This document shows, one piece after another, positions 10,216 to 21,384 of a stretch of DNA of 64,000 nucleotides (position 1 is its first letter; each line of letters begins with the position of its first letter). The position numbers and the translations under genes were made by a program. The notes under the pieces were generated by a model. That model saw only the letters and a list, made by a program, of their open reading frames with translations. It was not told the DNA's origin and did no database searches. Source of the stretch: Lachnospiraceae bacterium (GTDB taxonomy: Bacteria; Bacillota; Clostridia; Lachnospirales; Lachnospiraceae); the NCBI GenBank assembly GCA_016287095.1, contig JAEEVK010000007.1:274-64273 (forward strand), given 5' to 3'.

Positions 10216-10253
10216 GGCGTTTCGTATAGTGATATACGAGACGCCAATTTTTT
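10216..10253 (+). terminator. leader terminator/attenuator upstream of pyrG
   Basis: 13-bp stem ggcgtttcgtata / tatacgagacgcc (one G-U) then aaTTTTTT. Lies 65 nt before the pyrG ATG. Confidence 0.7.
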
Positions 10254-10263
10254 ATGTCGATGA

Positions 10264-11913
<1,650 letters not shown>

Positions 11914-11928
11914 GATAGGTATATAATT

Positions 11929-13404
11929 ATGAGCATACATGAGGAATGTGGAGTTTTCGGAGTATATTCCGAAAAAGAAACAGATGTGGCAGGTCTTTCC
12001 TACTATGGACTTTATGCACTTCAGCACAGGGGTCAGGAAAGCTGCGGAATAGTAGTAAATAAGGATGGTCTCTTTTACTCACATAAGGATTTGGGTCTTG
12101 TGAGTGAGGTATTTTCGGAACCTGTTCTGGAAAGCATGCCTGTGGGGACCATGGCTGTAGCTCATGTACGCTATGGCACTACGGGTGCCACAAACAGGGC
12201 CAATATTCAGCCCATAGAGGTAAATCATCAGAAAGGACGTATGGCACTTGCTCATAACGGAAACCTGTCAAATGCGTATCAATTAAGATCAGAGCTTGAG
12301 ATGCAGGGAGCCATATTCCATACAACAAGCGATACCGAAACCATAGCATATTACATAACCAGGGAACGGATTAAATCAGCATCCATAGAAGAGGCAGTAG
12401 AAAAGGCCATGAAATATCTGGAGGGTGCATATTCGCTGGTTATTATGTCTGCTCAGAAACTGATCTGTGCACGTGATCCTTTTGGATTCAGACCTTTGTG
12501 CTACGGACGTACAGCGGACGGTACATATATCGTTGCCTCCGAATCATGTGCATTGAGAGCGGTCGGAGCAAAACTCATCCGTGACATCAATCCCGGAGAG
12601 ATAATGATGTTCTATAACGGTCAGGTAAAATCGATACAGACCGGACTAAAAGAGGCTTCCCCTCGAGGGGAAGCTGTCAGCCAAAGGCTGACTGATGAGG
12701 TGTCTTTAAATAATGACGGCAAAAAAATCTGCGTTTTCGAATACATATACTTTGCCCGTCCCGATTCAATAATTGATGGTGTCTCAGTACATGCTTCCCG
12801 TGTCCGTGCCGGAGAGATACTGGCAGAGGAGCATCCGGCAAATGCAGATATAGTAATCGGAGCACCGGATTCAGGACTTGATGCGGCGCTTGGCTTCTCA
12901 TTGAAATCGGGCATTCCGTACAGGATGGGATTCATCAAAAATAAATATATAGGAAGAACCTTCATTTCACCCACAAAAAAGACCAGGGTGGATGGAGTAA
13001 AGATAAAGCTTGCAGTCCTCGATGAAGTGGTCAGAGACAAAAGCGTAGTACTGGTCGATGACTCGATAGTCAGAGGTACTACGATGGGACGTGTAGTAAA
13101 GCTGCTGCGTGATGCCGGAGCAAAGGAAGTGCATGTGAGGATTTCTTCACCGCCATTCCTGCATCCCTGCTACTATGGTACCGACATTGATTCGGAAAAA
13201 AACCTTGTAGCATGTCATCACACAATTCCGGAAATATGTGATATAATAGGAGCGGATTCCTTAGGATATTTTCCTACAGAACGTCTTGGTGAGCTGACAG
13301 GTGGAAAAGGGTACTGCGATGCCTGCTTCACCGGAGCGTATCCGACATCGATACCCGATGACTCAGGAAAAGATCGTTTCGAGCAGCCATTAAAAGGCTG
13401 TTGA
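11929..13404 (+). CDS. purF: amidophosphoribosyltransferase
   Basis: Ntn Cys after a short propeptide (MSIHEECGVFGV), PRTase motif VVLVDDSIVRGTT, YFARPDS. Confidence 0.93.
   Translation: MSIHEECGVFGVYSEKETDVAGLSYYGLYALQHRGQESCGIVVNKDGLFYSHKDLGLVSEVFSEPVLESMPVGTMAVAHVRYGTTGATNRANIQPIEVNHQKGRMALAHNGNLSNAYQLRSELEMQGAIFHTTSDTETIAYYITRERIKSASIEEAVEKAMKYLEGAYSLVIMSAQKLICARDPFGFRPLCYGRTADGTYIVASESCALRAVGAKLIRDINPGEIMMFYNGQVKSIQTGLKEASPRGEAVSQRLTDEVSLNNDGKKICVFEYIYFARPDSIIDGVSVHASRVRAGEILAEEHPANADIVIGAPDSGLDAALGFSLKSGIPYRMGFIKNKYIGRTFISPTKKTRVDGVKIKLAVLDEVVRDKSVVLVDDSIVRGTTMGRVVKLLRDAGAKEVHVRISSPPFLHPCYYGTDIDSEKNLVACHHTIPEICDIIGADSLGYFPTERLGELTGGKGYCDACFTGAYPTSIPDDSGKDRFEQPLKGC
12655..12692. repeat. 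two adjacent perfect hairpin palindromes embedded in-frame in purF
   Basis: 20-nt perfect palindrome gcttcccctcgaggggaagc (12655..12674), then gtcagcc-aaa-ggctgac (12676..12692). Confidence 0.8.
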
Positions 13405-13444
13405 AAAATCACTCTGATTGAATAACAGGAAACAGGTGCATAAG

Positions 13445-14563
13445 ATGAGTACAAAAAGAAAACTAATAACAGAAGACGGACAGGAATACATAGGATATGG
13501 CTTTGGATCGGAAGCCAGCCGTGTCTGTGAGCTTGTGTTCAATACCTCGATGGCAGGATATCAGGAGATAGTTTCTGACCCCTCCTATACTTATCAGGCC
13601 ATTGTTATGTCATATCCGCTGATAGGCAATTATGGTATGGCTGAGGATGATTACGAGTCGGAATTCCTCAGTGCCGGTGCATTGATAGTACATGAATACA
13701 ATGACCATCCCAGTAATTTCCGCAGTATAAATACCCTTTCGGAAATGATGGTAAAATACGATGTGCCCGGTATTTACGGGATCGATACCAGAAAACTGGT
13801 CCGTTTCATTAGAAGTTATGGTAGCTGCAAGGCTTTGATCACTGATGAAAGCACTACCAAAGAGGAAGGCTTGAAAATACTTGAAGGTTCATCGATTCCT
13901 ACCGATGCGGTTAGCAAGGTGAGCTGTGCAAATGCCTGGAAATCAAAGGTTGTACTCAGTTCTGCACTTAATACCGGATCCGGTTCAAAGCCGATGATCA
14001 TAAAGAAAAAGCATATCGTGGCCATTGACTGCGGCATGAAGAAAAACATCGTAAGCTCCCTTAATGCCATGGGCCTTGATGTTACCATCGTTCCATGGAA
14101 TACTGACGTTGAAGCCATAAAGAAACTTCATCCCGATGGAATCTTTGTTTCAAACGGACCCGGAAACCCCGAGGACGTACCCGAGACCATCGCAACCATA
14201 AAGAAACTCATAGGACAGTATCCGATATTCGGAATCTGCCTCGGACATCAGCTGATATCATTGGCTTATGGTGCAAAAACCTATAAATTGAAATTCGGTC
14301 ACCGTGGCGGAAATCATCCCGTAAAAAATCTGCTGACCGGAAAGATCGAGATCACATCCCAGAATCACTCATATGCAGTTGATATGGATAGCATTAAAAA
14401 CACACCTCTCGAAGTTACACATATAAATATCCTGGATAATACCATCGAGGGAGTGAGGTGCGTAAAGGACCGTGTAATGAGCGTCCAGTACCATCCCGAA
14501 AGCGCTCCCGGTCCGAGAGACGGAAGCTACTTATTCAATGAATTTGTGAAGCTGTTTCAATGA
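13445..14563 (+). CDS. carA: carbamoyl-phosphate synthase small (glutaminase) subunit
   Basis: GICLGHQL, YHPES. ATG at 13445 follows aggaaacagg; the listed ORF start at 13418 is a TTG extension. Confidence 0.92.
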   Translation: MSTKRKLITEDGQEYIGYGFGSEASRVCELVFNTSMAGYQEIVSDPSYTYQAIVMSYPLIGNYGMAEDDYESEFLSAGALIVHEYNDHPSNFRSINTLSEMMVKYDVPGIYGIDTRKLVRFIRSYGSCKALITDESTTKEEGLKILEGSSIPTDAVSKVSCANAWKSKVVLSSALNTGSGSKPMIIKKKHIVAIDCGMKKNIVSSLNAMGLDVTIVPWNTDVEAIKKLHPDGIFVSNGPGNPEDVPETIATIKKLIGQYPIFGICLGHQLISLAYGAKTYKLKFGHRGGNHPVKNLLTGKIEITSQNHSYAVDMDSIKNTPLEVTHINILDNTIEGVRCVKDRVMSVQYHPESAPGPRDGSYLFNEFVKLFQ

Positions 14564-14622
14564 AAATCAAATAATTTTTTAATGATAGATGTAAGTATAT
14601 AAAGAAAAAAGAGGTAATTCAT

Positions 14623-17600
14623 ATGCCGAAAAGAACGGACATTAAAAAACTTCTTGTAATAGGCTCGGGCCCGATAGTTATCGGTCAGGCTGCCGAATTT
14701 GATTATGCCGGAACTCAGGCCTGCCTGGCTCTGAAAGAAGAGGGTTATGAGGTAGTACTGGCCAATTCAAATCCCGCTACCATCATGACGGATACAGCCA
14801 TAGCTGACAAGGTATATATGGAGCCACTGACTCTGGAATATATAGCAAAGATAATCCGTTATGAAAGACCTGATGCCATACTTCCCGGACTTGGCGGACA
14901 GACCGGTCTGAATCTTGCCATGCAGCTTGAGAAAAAAGGAATACTTGCTGAATGCGGTACCCAGCTTCTCGGCACAAAGAGCAGCAGTATAGAGATGGCT
15001 GAGGACAGAGAATTATTTAAAGAATTATGTGAAAGACTGGGCGAGCCTGTGCTCCCGTCAGACATTGCACATTCGATAGAAGAAGGACTAAAGGTTGCTA
15101 AATCGATAGGCTTCCCGGTAGTCCTTCGTCCTGCGTTTACTTTAGGCGGTACAGGTGGCGGATTTGCAGAAAACGAGACGGAATTCGAAGAGATAATGAA
15201 GAATGCCTTAAAGCTTTCACCTGTTCATCAGGTACTTATCGAAAAGAGTATAAAGGGCTTTAAGGAAATAGAGTACGAGGTAATGCGTGACTCGAATGAC
15301 ACCGCTATTACCATCTGTAATATGGAAAACCTCGATCCTGTCGGCATACATACCGGAGATTCCATCGTTGTATGTCCTTCACAGACCTTGACGAATAAGG
15401 AATACCAGATGCTCCGTGATTCTGCATTAAAGATAATCAGAGCTCTGGAAATCGAGGGCGGCTGCAATGTCCAGTTCGCACTGGATCCCAATTCCTTTGA
15501 TTATTATCTGATAGAAGTTAACCCCAGAGTTTCACGTTCGTCAGCCCTTGCATCAAAGGCATCAGGTTATCCGATTGCCAGAGTTTCAGCCAAGATCGGT
15601 ATCGGCATGACACTTGATGAGATAATGCTGGCCAATACACCTGCGAGCTTCGAGCCGGCACTTGATTATATCGTAACCAAGATGCCCCGTTTCCCGTTCG
15701 ATAAATTTGCAGATGCAAATAATACCTTAGGTACCCAGATGAAGGCTACCGGTGAGGTCATGAGTATCGGCCGCTGCTTCGAGGAAAGTTTGCTTAAGGC
15801 TATCCGTTCACTTGAAACAGGAGAATGCCATATTTACTGTAAGAAATTTGATGACTTTTCTACTATCGAGCTTGGAAAGTACATTCAGAACGGTACTGAT
15901 GACCGTATTTTTGCTATCGGAGAATTACTCAGACGTGGTTGCGAGATCGAAACAATACATGACATTACTAAGATTGACTGTTTCTTCCTGGATAAACTGA
16001 AGAATATCATCAATCTTGAGAATAAATTAAAAACACTCAAGTATGACAGCTACAATCCCGGATTGTATTTCAAGGATGACAGTAAGTCGAATATTTTAGG
16101 CAATGATAATGCAGATGAGTATGAAAATGCAGATGCATCTGAGAAAAATACTGATAATGACACAGTAACAGATAATTACAAGATAGGTGACATAGAAGAA
16201 AGTATAAAAATCCTCGAAGAAGCCAAAAAATTTGGTTTCTCAGATAAAGGAATCGCTATTCTTACAGGTACTACCGAAAAAGTAATAAGAGACCTTAGAA
16301 AAGATTTCGGTATCGTACCCGTATATAAGATGATCGACAGCTGCGCATCCGAGTTTGAGAGCTACATACCTTATTTCTACTCAACCTACGAGGATGAAAA
16401 TGAGTCCATCGTTTCTGATAAGGAAAAGATCATAGTTCTCGGTTCGGGCCCTATCCGTATCGGACAGGGTGTTGAGTTTGATTATTCAACAGTACATGCC
16501 GTAAAGACCATAAAGGCATCGGGCTATGAGGCCATTATCATAAACAACAACCCTGAGACAGTATCTACAGATTATACCTGTTCGGATAAGTTGTATTTCG
16601 AGCCTCTCTGTACTGAGGATGTAATGAATATCATAGACCTCGAAAAGCCCGTGGGCGTCATTGCTACACTTGGTGGACAGACAGCTATTAATCTGGCTGA
16701 CTCACTTAAAGAATATAATGTAAAGCTGATCGGTACCGATGATGATGCGATAGACCGTGCGGAGGACAGAGATCTGTTTGAAAAACTGCTGTTCGAACTG
16801 GATATCCCGAGGCCGAAGGGAATGGCAGTAACCAGTATCGAGGCAGGTGTTGAGGCAGCAAAAGAGATAGGCTTCCCCGTACTTGTACGTCCAAGCTTTG
16901 TACTTGGCGGCAGAGCTATGCAGATAGTTGCAAAGGAAGAAGCTCTTCGTTCGTATTTAAAGACTGCGGTTGAAATAGATGAGGATAAGCCGGTTCTGGT
17001 AGATAAATACATCAGAGGTAAGGAAGTTGAGGTTGATGCTGTCTGCGACGGCAAGGATGTATTTGTACCCGGTATCATGGAGCTGGTAGAAAGGACAGGA
17101 GTTCACTCAGGTGATTCCATCAGTGTTTATCCGCCCTTCAGTATCTCACAGAAGGTAAAGGATACCATACTTGATTATACATATAAGCTCGGTATGGGCA
17201 TCGGCATCATAGGCCTTTTCAATATCCAGTTTATTGTTGATCCTGAGGAAAATGTATATATCATTGAGGTAAATCCCCGTTCATCTAGGACAGTGCCTTT
17301 CCTTTCAAAGGCTACAGGTTATTCCTTAGCAGATATCGCAACCCGTGTAATCCTTGGAAAAACATTAAAAGAACAGGGCATTACAGAGATTTATCCTAAA
17401 GAGAAAGAGCGCTACTACGTAAAGGTACCGGCGTTTTCATTCTCAAAGTTAAACGGTATGGATGCATATCTTTCACCTGAAATGAAATCCACCGGTGAGG
17501 CCATCGGCTATGATAAGAAGCTCCATCGTGCGATGTACAAGGCGATGATCGCATCGGGCATGAAGCTCCAGAACTACGGAACAGTCGTAGTTACACTGGC

Positions 17601-17961
17601 AGATGAGGACAAGGAAGAGGCATTGCCGCTGGTTAAGCGTTTCTATGATATGGGCTTTAATATCGAAGCAACCATCGGTACCCAGGTATTCTTAAAAGAG
17701 CATGGTATACGTACAAAGCTTCGTAGAAAGCTTTCAGAAGGCAGTGAGGAAATACTTGATTCACTCCGTGCAGGCTATGTAAGCTATGTAATCTGTACCC
17801 GTGCGGTGCTGTCAGGTATCCACTACGTAGACGGAGTTGCCATCAGAAAGACCGCATCCATGAACGGTATCACGATGCTTACATCACTTGATACCGTGAG
17901 AGTGCTCTTAGACGTACTCGAGGAGATTACTATGGGCATCTCGACAATTGATGCTGAATAA
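14623..17961 (+). CDS. carB: carbamoyl-phosphate synthase large subunit (with Asn/Asp-rich insertion)
   Basis: Duplicated ATP-grasp halves ([17 protein letters not shown] and [17 protein letters not shown]; [13 protein letters not shown] and [13 protein letters not shown]), MGS-like C-terminus. Confidence 0.95.
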   Translation: MPKRTDIKKLLVIGSGPIVIGQAAEFDYAGTQACLALKEEGYEVVLANSNPATIMTDTAIADKVYMEPLTLEYIAKIIRYERPDAILPGLGGQTGLNLAMQLEKKGILAECGTQLLGTKSSSIEMAEDRELFKELCERLGEPVLPSDIAHSIEEGLKVAKSIGFPVVLRPAFTLGGTGGGFAENETEFEEIMKNALKLSPVHQVLIEKSIKGFKEIEYEVMRDSNDTAITICNMENLDPVGIHTGDSIVVCPSQTLTNKEYQMLRDSALKIIRALEIEGGCNVQFALDPNSFDYYLIEVNPRVSRSSALASKASGYPIARVSAKIGIGMTLDEIMLANTPASFEPALDYIVTKMPRFPFDKFADANNTLGTQMKATGEVMSIGRCFEESLLKAIRSLETGECHIYCKKFDDFSTIELGKYIQNGTDDRIFAIGELLRRGCEIETIHDITKIDCFFLDKLKNIINLENKLKTLKYDSYNPGLYFKDDSKSNILGNDNADEYENADASEKNTDNDTVTDNYKIGDIEESIKILEEAKKFGFSDKGIAILTGTTEKVIRDLRKDFGIVPVYKMIDSCASEFESYIPYFYSTYEDENESIVSDKEKIIVLGSGPIRIGQGVEFDYSTVHAVKTIKASGYEAIIINNNPETVSTDYTCSDKLYFEPLCTEDVMNIIDLEKPVGVIATLGGQTAINLADSLKEYNVKLIGTDDDAIDRAEDRDLFEKLLFELDIPRPKGMAVTSIEAGVEAAKEIGFPVLVRPSFVLGGRAMQIVAKEEALRSYLKTAVEIDEDKPVLVDKYIRGKEVEVDAVCDGKDVFVPGIMELVERTGVHSGDSISVYPPFSISQKVKDTILDYTYKLGMGIGIIGLFNIQFIVDPEENVYIIEVNPRSSRTVPFLSKATGYSLADIATRVILGKTLKEQGITEIYPKEKERYYVKVPAFSFSKLNGMDAYLSPEMKSTGEAIGYDKKLHRAMYKAMIASGMKLQNYGTVVVTLADEDKEEALPLVKRFYDMGFNIEATIGTQVFLKEHGIRTKLRRKLSEGSEEILDSLRAGYVSYVICTRAVLSGIHYVDGVAIRKTASMNGITMLTSLDTVRVLLDVLEEITMGISTIDAE

Positions 17962-17974
17962 AACTTAATAGTAT

Positions 17975-18220
17975 GTGAGACCATACTGCCAATATGGTCT
18001 AAAACCTATTATCGCTCACAGAGATATGCTATATGCTCCCATATGCTTCTTAACTTCGGACGCTTGCAATCGTACGTCCGTCTGATGCCGGACGTACTTG
18101 TGCTACGCTCAAAAATCATTTTGGATAAATGATTTTTGCCTCGTTGCGAAGCCTCTGTGACCAAAGCATATCTATCTGTTCGCTTTATGGTTTTATCCCA
18201 TATCGGCAGTCTGATCTCAC
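17975..18220. repeat. 246-bp imperfect palindrome with nested hairpins (structured RNA or MITE-like element)
   Basis: Outer arms gtgagaccatactgccaatatggtctaaaacc / ggttttatcccatatcggcagtctgatctcac (27 of 32 complementary). Inner hairpins at 18072..18097 (9 bp) and 18110..18138 (11 bp). Confidence 0.75.
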
Positions 18221-18255
18221 ATTTATCAAATATTATAGAAAGAAGGAAATATATT

Positions 18256-19455
18256 ATGTCATTACCGAATAAACATTATGGAGAATTAAAGGACTCTTAC
18301 TTATTTTACAATATCGCCCAGAAAGTAAAGAAATACCAGGCTGAGCATCCGGATAAGAAGATGTACAGGCTTGGTATCGGAGATGTATCACTTCCTCTTT
18401 GTGATGCTGTAATAAAGGCCCTTCACAAGGGAGTGGATGATCAGGCAAACAAGGACAGCTTCCACGGATATATGCCTGAGTGCGGTGCTCCGTTCTTAAG
18501 AGAAAAAATCGCTGAGTATTATAATAAGAGAGGTATCGATATCACATCCGAGGAGGCATTCGTATCAAGCGGTGCCAGCGATGAATTAGGTGATATCATC
18601 GATATGTTTGACAGAGGCACATCAGTACTAATTATGGAGCCTGCATATCCTGCATATGTGGATGCAAATGTGATGGCCGGAAAGAAGATTTATCACCTTC
18701 CCACCAGCAGTGATGAAGGCTTCCTGCCTACACCTAAGTCAGCTGAGAAAGAAGGCATAAAGGCCGATATCATCTACATTTGTTCACCCAATAACCCCAC
18801 CGGTGCAGTATACACTAAGCAGGGACTTAAAGACTGGGTTGACTATGCAAATGCAAACGGTTCGGTTATCCTTTTTGATGCAGCTTATGAGGCATTTATT
18901 GAGGACGATTCATTACCCAAGAGCATCTTTGAAATAGAGGGTGCCAGAACATGTGCTATAGAGATATGTTCACTTTCAAAGACTGCGGGCTTTACAGGTA
19001 CAAGACTCGGATATACTGTTATCCCTAAGACATTAGAGCGTGACGGTATGAACTTCAATGCTATGTGGGTTCGTAACCGTACAACAAAGACTAACGGTGT
19101 AAGTTACATTATCCAAGTCGGCGGAGCAGCAGTCTTCACCGATGAAGGACAGAAGCAGATTCACGAGAACATAAACATATATAAGAACAACGCTAAAGTT
19201 ATCATGGAAGCATTGGACGCAGTAGGCATTTGGTACTGCGGCGGAAAGAACGCACCCTATGTCTGGATGAAATGTCCTGATGGAATGGGCAGCTGGGAAT
19301 TCTTTGATTATCTCTTGGAAAACATTCAGGTAATCGGAACCCCGGGTGAGGGCTTCGGAAAATGTGGAGAAGGATACTTCCGATTCTCATCATTCGGCAG
19401 TCCCGAGGATACTAAAGAGGCCGCAGAGAGAATCAAGAAATTATTATCAAAGTAA
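18256..19455 (+). CDS. dapL: LL-diaminopimelate aminotransferase (class I aminotransferase)
   Basis: N-terminus LPNKHYGELKDSYLF...RLGIGDVSLPL and the PLP-lysine region SLSKTAGFTG. ATG at 18256 follows agaaggaaat; the listed ORF start at 18136 is a spurious extension. Confidence 0.85.
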   Translation: MSLPNKHYGELKDSYLFYNIAQKVKKYQAEHPDKKMYRLGIGDVSLPLCDAVIKALHKGVDDQANKDSFHGYMPECGAPFLREKIAEYYNKRGIDITSEEAFVSSGASDELGDIIDMFDRGTSVLIMEPAYPAYVDANVMAGKKIYHLPTSSDEGFLPTPKSAEKEGIKADIIYICSPNNPTGAVYTKQGLKDWVDYANANGSVILFDAAYEAFIEDDSLPKSIFEIEGARTCAIEICSLSKTAGFTGTRLGYTVIPKTLERDGMNFNAMWVRNRTTKTNGVSYIIQVGGAAVFTDEGQKQIHENINIYKNNAKVIMEALDAVGIWYCGGKNAPYVWMKCPDGMGSWEFFDYLLENIQVIGTPGEGFGKCGEGYFRFSSFGSPEDTKEAAERIKKLLSK

Positions 19456-19496
19456 TTCTGAGTTCGGTAATGTAAGTAAAAATATTTTAGTATATT

Positions 19497-19527
19497 GGAA
19501 CTGTCCCAAGAGGCAGTTCCTTTTATT
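19497..19527 (+). terminator. intrinsic terminator after dapL
   Basis: Stem ggaactg / cagttcc then ttttatt. Confidence 0.6.
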
Positions 19528-19572
19528 ATTTTACGGATTATATTCGGAAATTTTTTACTATGGGAAAATATA

Positions 19573-19657
19573 CATAAATCGACATAAATAGCATATTTCT
19601 TCATAAATCTTCATAAATGTTATATTTTGACATAAATATACATAAATCTTCATGATT
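19573..19657. repeat. helically phased CATAAAT array (about 9 units at 9-10 bp spacing)
   Basis: CATAAAT or close variants start at 19573, 19583, 19592, 19602, 19612, (19622), 19631, 19641, 19651. Confidence 0.85.
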
Positions 19658-19670
19658 TTTAAAATTTCGT

Positions 19671-19748
19671 TGAATTTGAATTCAAAAAATGCTTGACAAA
19701 TGAAAAATATCATGATAAATTGAATACACATTCAATGAATACGAATTC
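19671..19748. promoter_or_regulatory. three TGAAT-N4-ATTCA palindromes flanking the oxidoreductase promoter (candidate TetR operators)
   Basis: tgaatttgaattca 19671..19684; tgaatacacattca 19720..19733 (extended ttgaat-acac-attcaa); tgaatacgaattca 19735..19748. Confidence 0.5.
19692..19720 (+). promoter_or_regulatory. promoter of oxidoreductase-TetR operon
   Basis: AAAAAATGCTTGACAA with TTGACA at 19692..19697, 17-nt spacer, TGn-TAAATT. Confidence 0.55.
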
Positions 19749-19779
19749 AAAAATATAATACTAAAGGAGAATAAAGATC

Positions 19780-21294
19780 ATGAAGACATTAAACGAGACA
19801 AAAGAGAAGGTAGTAGTTATCGGCGGAGGCGTAGCAGGACTCAGCGCAGGAGTATATGCTTTAAAGGCTGGCTTTGAGGTGGAGATATATGAGAAAAACA
19901 AGATACCCGGTGGAGAGTGCATCGGTTGGAACAGAAAGGGCTATCATATTGATAACTGCATCCACTGGCTCACAGGCACCAGAAAGGGAACCGAACTTTA
20001 TGATGTATGGAAAACAGTGGGAGCTTTAACTGATGAAACAGAGTACGCACCACTTGACGCATTTTATACTTCGACATATAATGGGAAGAGAGCAACTCTT
20101 TGGAACGACTTAAAGAAAACCGAAGAAGAACTGATAGAGCTTTCGCCTGAAGATACTGAGGAGATAAAGAAATTCATCCAGTATGTGGAGTACTCAAAGC
20201 AGTGCGTTTTTCCTGCAGCTAAGCCCATGGAAATGTGGGGTATCAGGGACTATATCAGGATGGGCATGAACATGAAGGAGTTTCCCAAGGTTATGAAGGA
20301 ATTCGGAAAGATTTCCCTTGAAGATTATTCCAAGAGATTCAAATCCCCGCTTCTTCAGAAACTCATGTGCGACTACTTACCTAAGAGCTATTGCGCATAT
20401 TCATTCCTGGTATCATATGCTACCATGGCAGACGGAAACGGCAACATACCCATGGGTGCATCACTTCAGATGTCTCTTCGTATGGAGAAGAAATTCAAGG
20501 AACTCGGCGGAGTGATCCATTATGGTTGTGGTGTTAGCAGGATCAACATCGAAAAGAAAATGGCAACCGGTATCGAGCTTGAGGATGGCAGCTTTGTAAA
20601 GGCAGATTATGTTATCCCCACCGTTGATACAGGACTCCTCTTTGGTAAATTACTTTCAAAAGAGTATATGCCTAAGGAACTTAAGGCAGCATATGAGAAC
20701 GAAAAAGCATATCCAGCAACCAGTGGATTCCAGGTGGCATTCGCGGTAGATAAGAATTTTAACCGTAACGGTGACATGAGCGAAACATTATTTATCGATA
20801 TCGAGCCCATAAAGGTCGGTAATCGTTCATTTGACAGAATGTATGTCAAGGCATACGGATATGATCCCGTTTGCGTAAAGGATGACAAGCAGGTTATTCA
20901 GACATGTATCACACAGACTGATGAGGACTATTATTTCTGGAAATCATTAAGTAAAGAAGAATACGAAAGAGTAAAGGAAAAACTGGCAAACGAAGTAGCT
21001 AAACGTATCGAAAAGGCATTTCCTGAGGTAAAGGATACAATGGAATACCTTGACGCATGGACACCTCTTACATATGAGAGATATTGCAATGCATATCACG
21101 GCAGCTATATGAGCTTTGTTACCACACCCTACGGAAAACAGATCAAGATGAAGGGACAGCTCAAAGGTATCAAGAACATCTATGTAGCAGGTCAGTGGAC
21201 AAACTCTCCCGGAGGACTTCCTGTAGCTGTAGCCAGTGGTAAATTTGCAGTACAGAGGATATTAAAGAAGCAGCATAGAGATATCAATATTTAA
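19780..21294 (+). CDS. NAD(P)/FAD-dependent oxidoreductase (phytoene-desaturase/amine-oxidase-like fold)
   Basis: Dinucleotide-binding VVVIGGGVAGLSAGVYALKAGFEVEIYEK...GGEC. About 500 aa, C-terminal GQW..PGGLP motif. Confidence 0.8.
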   Translation: MKTLNETKEKVVVIGGGVAGLSAGVYALKAGFEVEIYEKNKIPGGECIGWNRKGYHIDNCIHWLTGTRKGTELYDVWKTVGALTDETEYAPLDAFYTSTYNGKRATLWNDLKKTEEELIELSPEDTEEIKKFIQYVEYSKQCVFPAAKPMEMWGIRDYIRMGMNMKEFPKVMKEFGKISLEDYSKRFKSPLLQKLMCDYLPKSYCAYSFLVSYATMADGNGNIPMGASLQMSLRMEKKFKELGGVIHYGCGVSRINIEKKMATGIELEDGSFVKADYVIPTVDTGLLFGKLLSKEYMPKELKAAYENEKAYPATSGFQVAFAVDKNFNRNGDMSETLFIDIEPIKVGNRSFDRMYVKAYGYDPVCVKDDKQVIQTCITQTDEDYYFWKSLSKEEYERVKEKLANEVAKRIEKAFPEVKDTMEYLDAWTPLTYERYCNAYHGSYMSFVTTPYGKQIKMKGQLKGIKNIYVAGQWTNSPGGLPVAVASGKFAVQRILKKQHRDINI

Positions 21295-21384
21295 TTTGAA
21301 TTTGTCATTCTGAACGAAGCAAAGAATCTTAAGATATTTTGATGTTGCATTACAAAGTATGACAATGAAAAAGGAAGGAAAAAT

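Noticed and set aside
17975-18220. T-box or lysine riboswitch as the identity of the carB-dapL element
   Set aside because: I could not find a T-box sequence, a specifier-loop layout or the lysine-riboswitch conserved junction motifs. The element is essentially one long imperfect palindrome. Its identity is left open in the findings.
18136-18255. N-terminal 40-codon extension of the dapL ORF
   Set aside because: It runs through the right arm of the intergenic palindrome and has no RBS. The aminotransferase homology and a good RBS begin at ATG 18256.
19326-19604. Two overlapping ORFs (minus 19326..19604, plus 19346..19591) in the dapL-oxidoreductase gap
   Set aside because: The region is AT-rich and contains a terminator and the phased CATAAAT array. 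There is no RBS, and the implausible composition suggests an open frame by chance.
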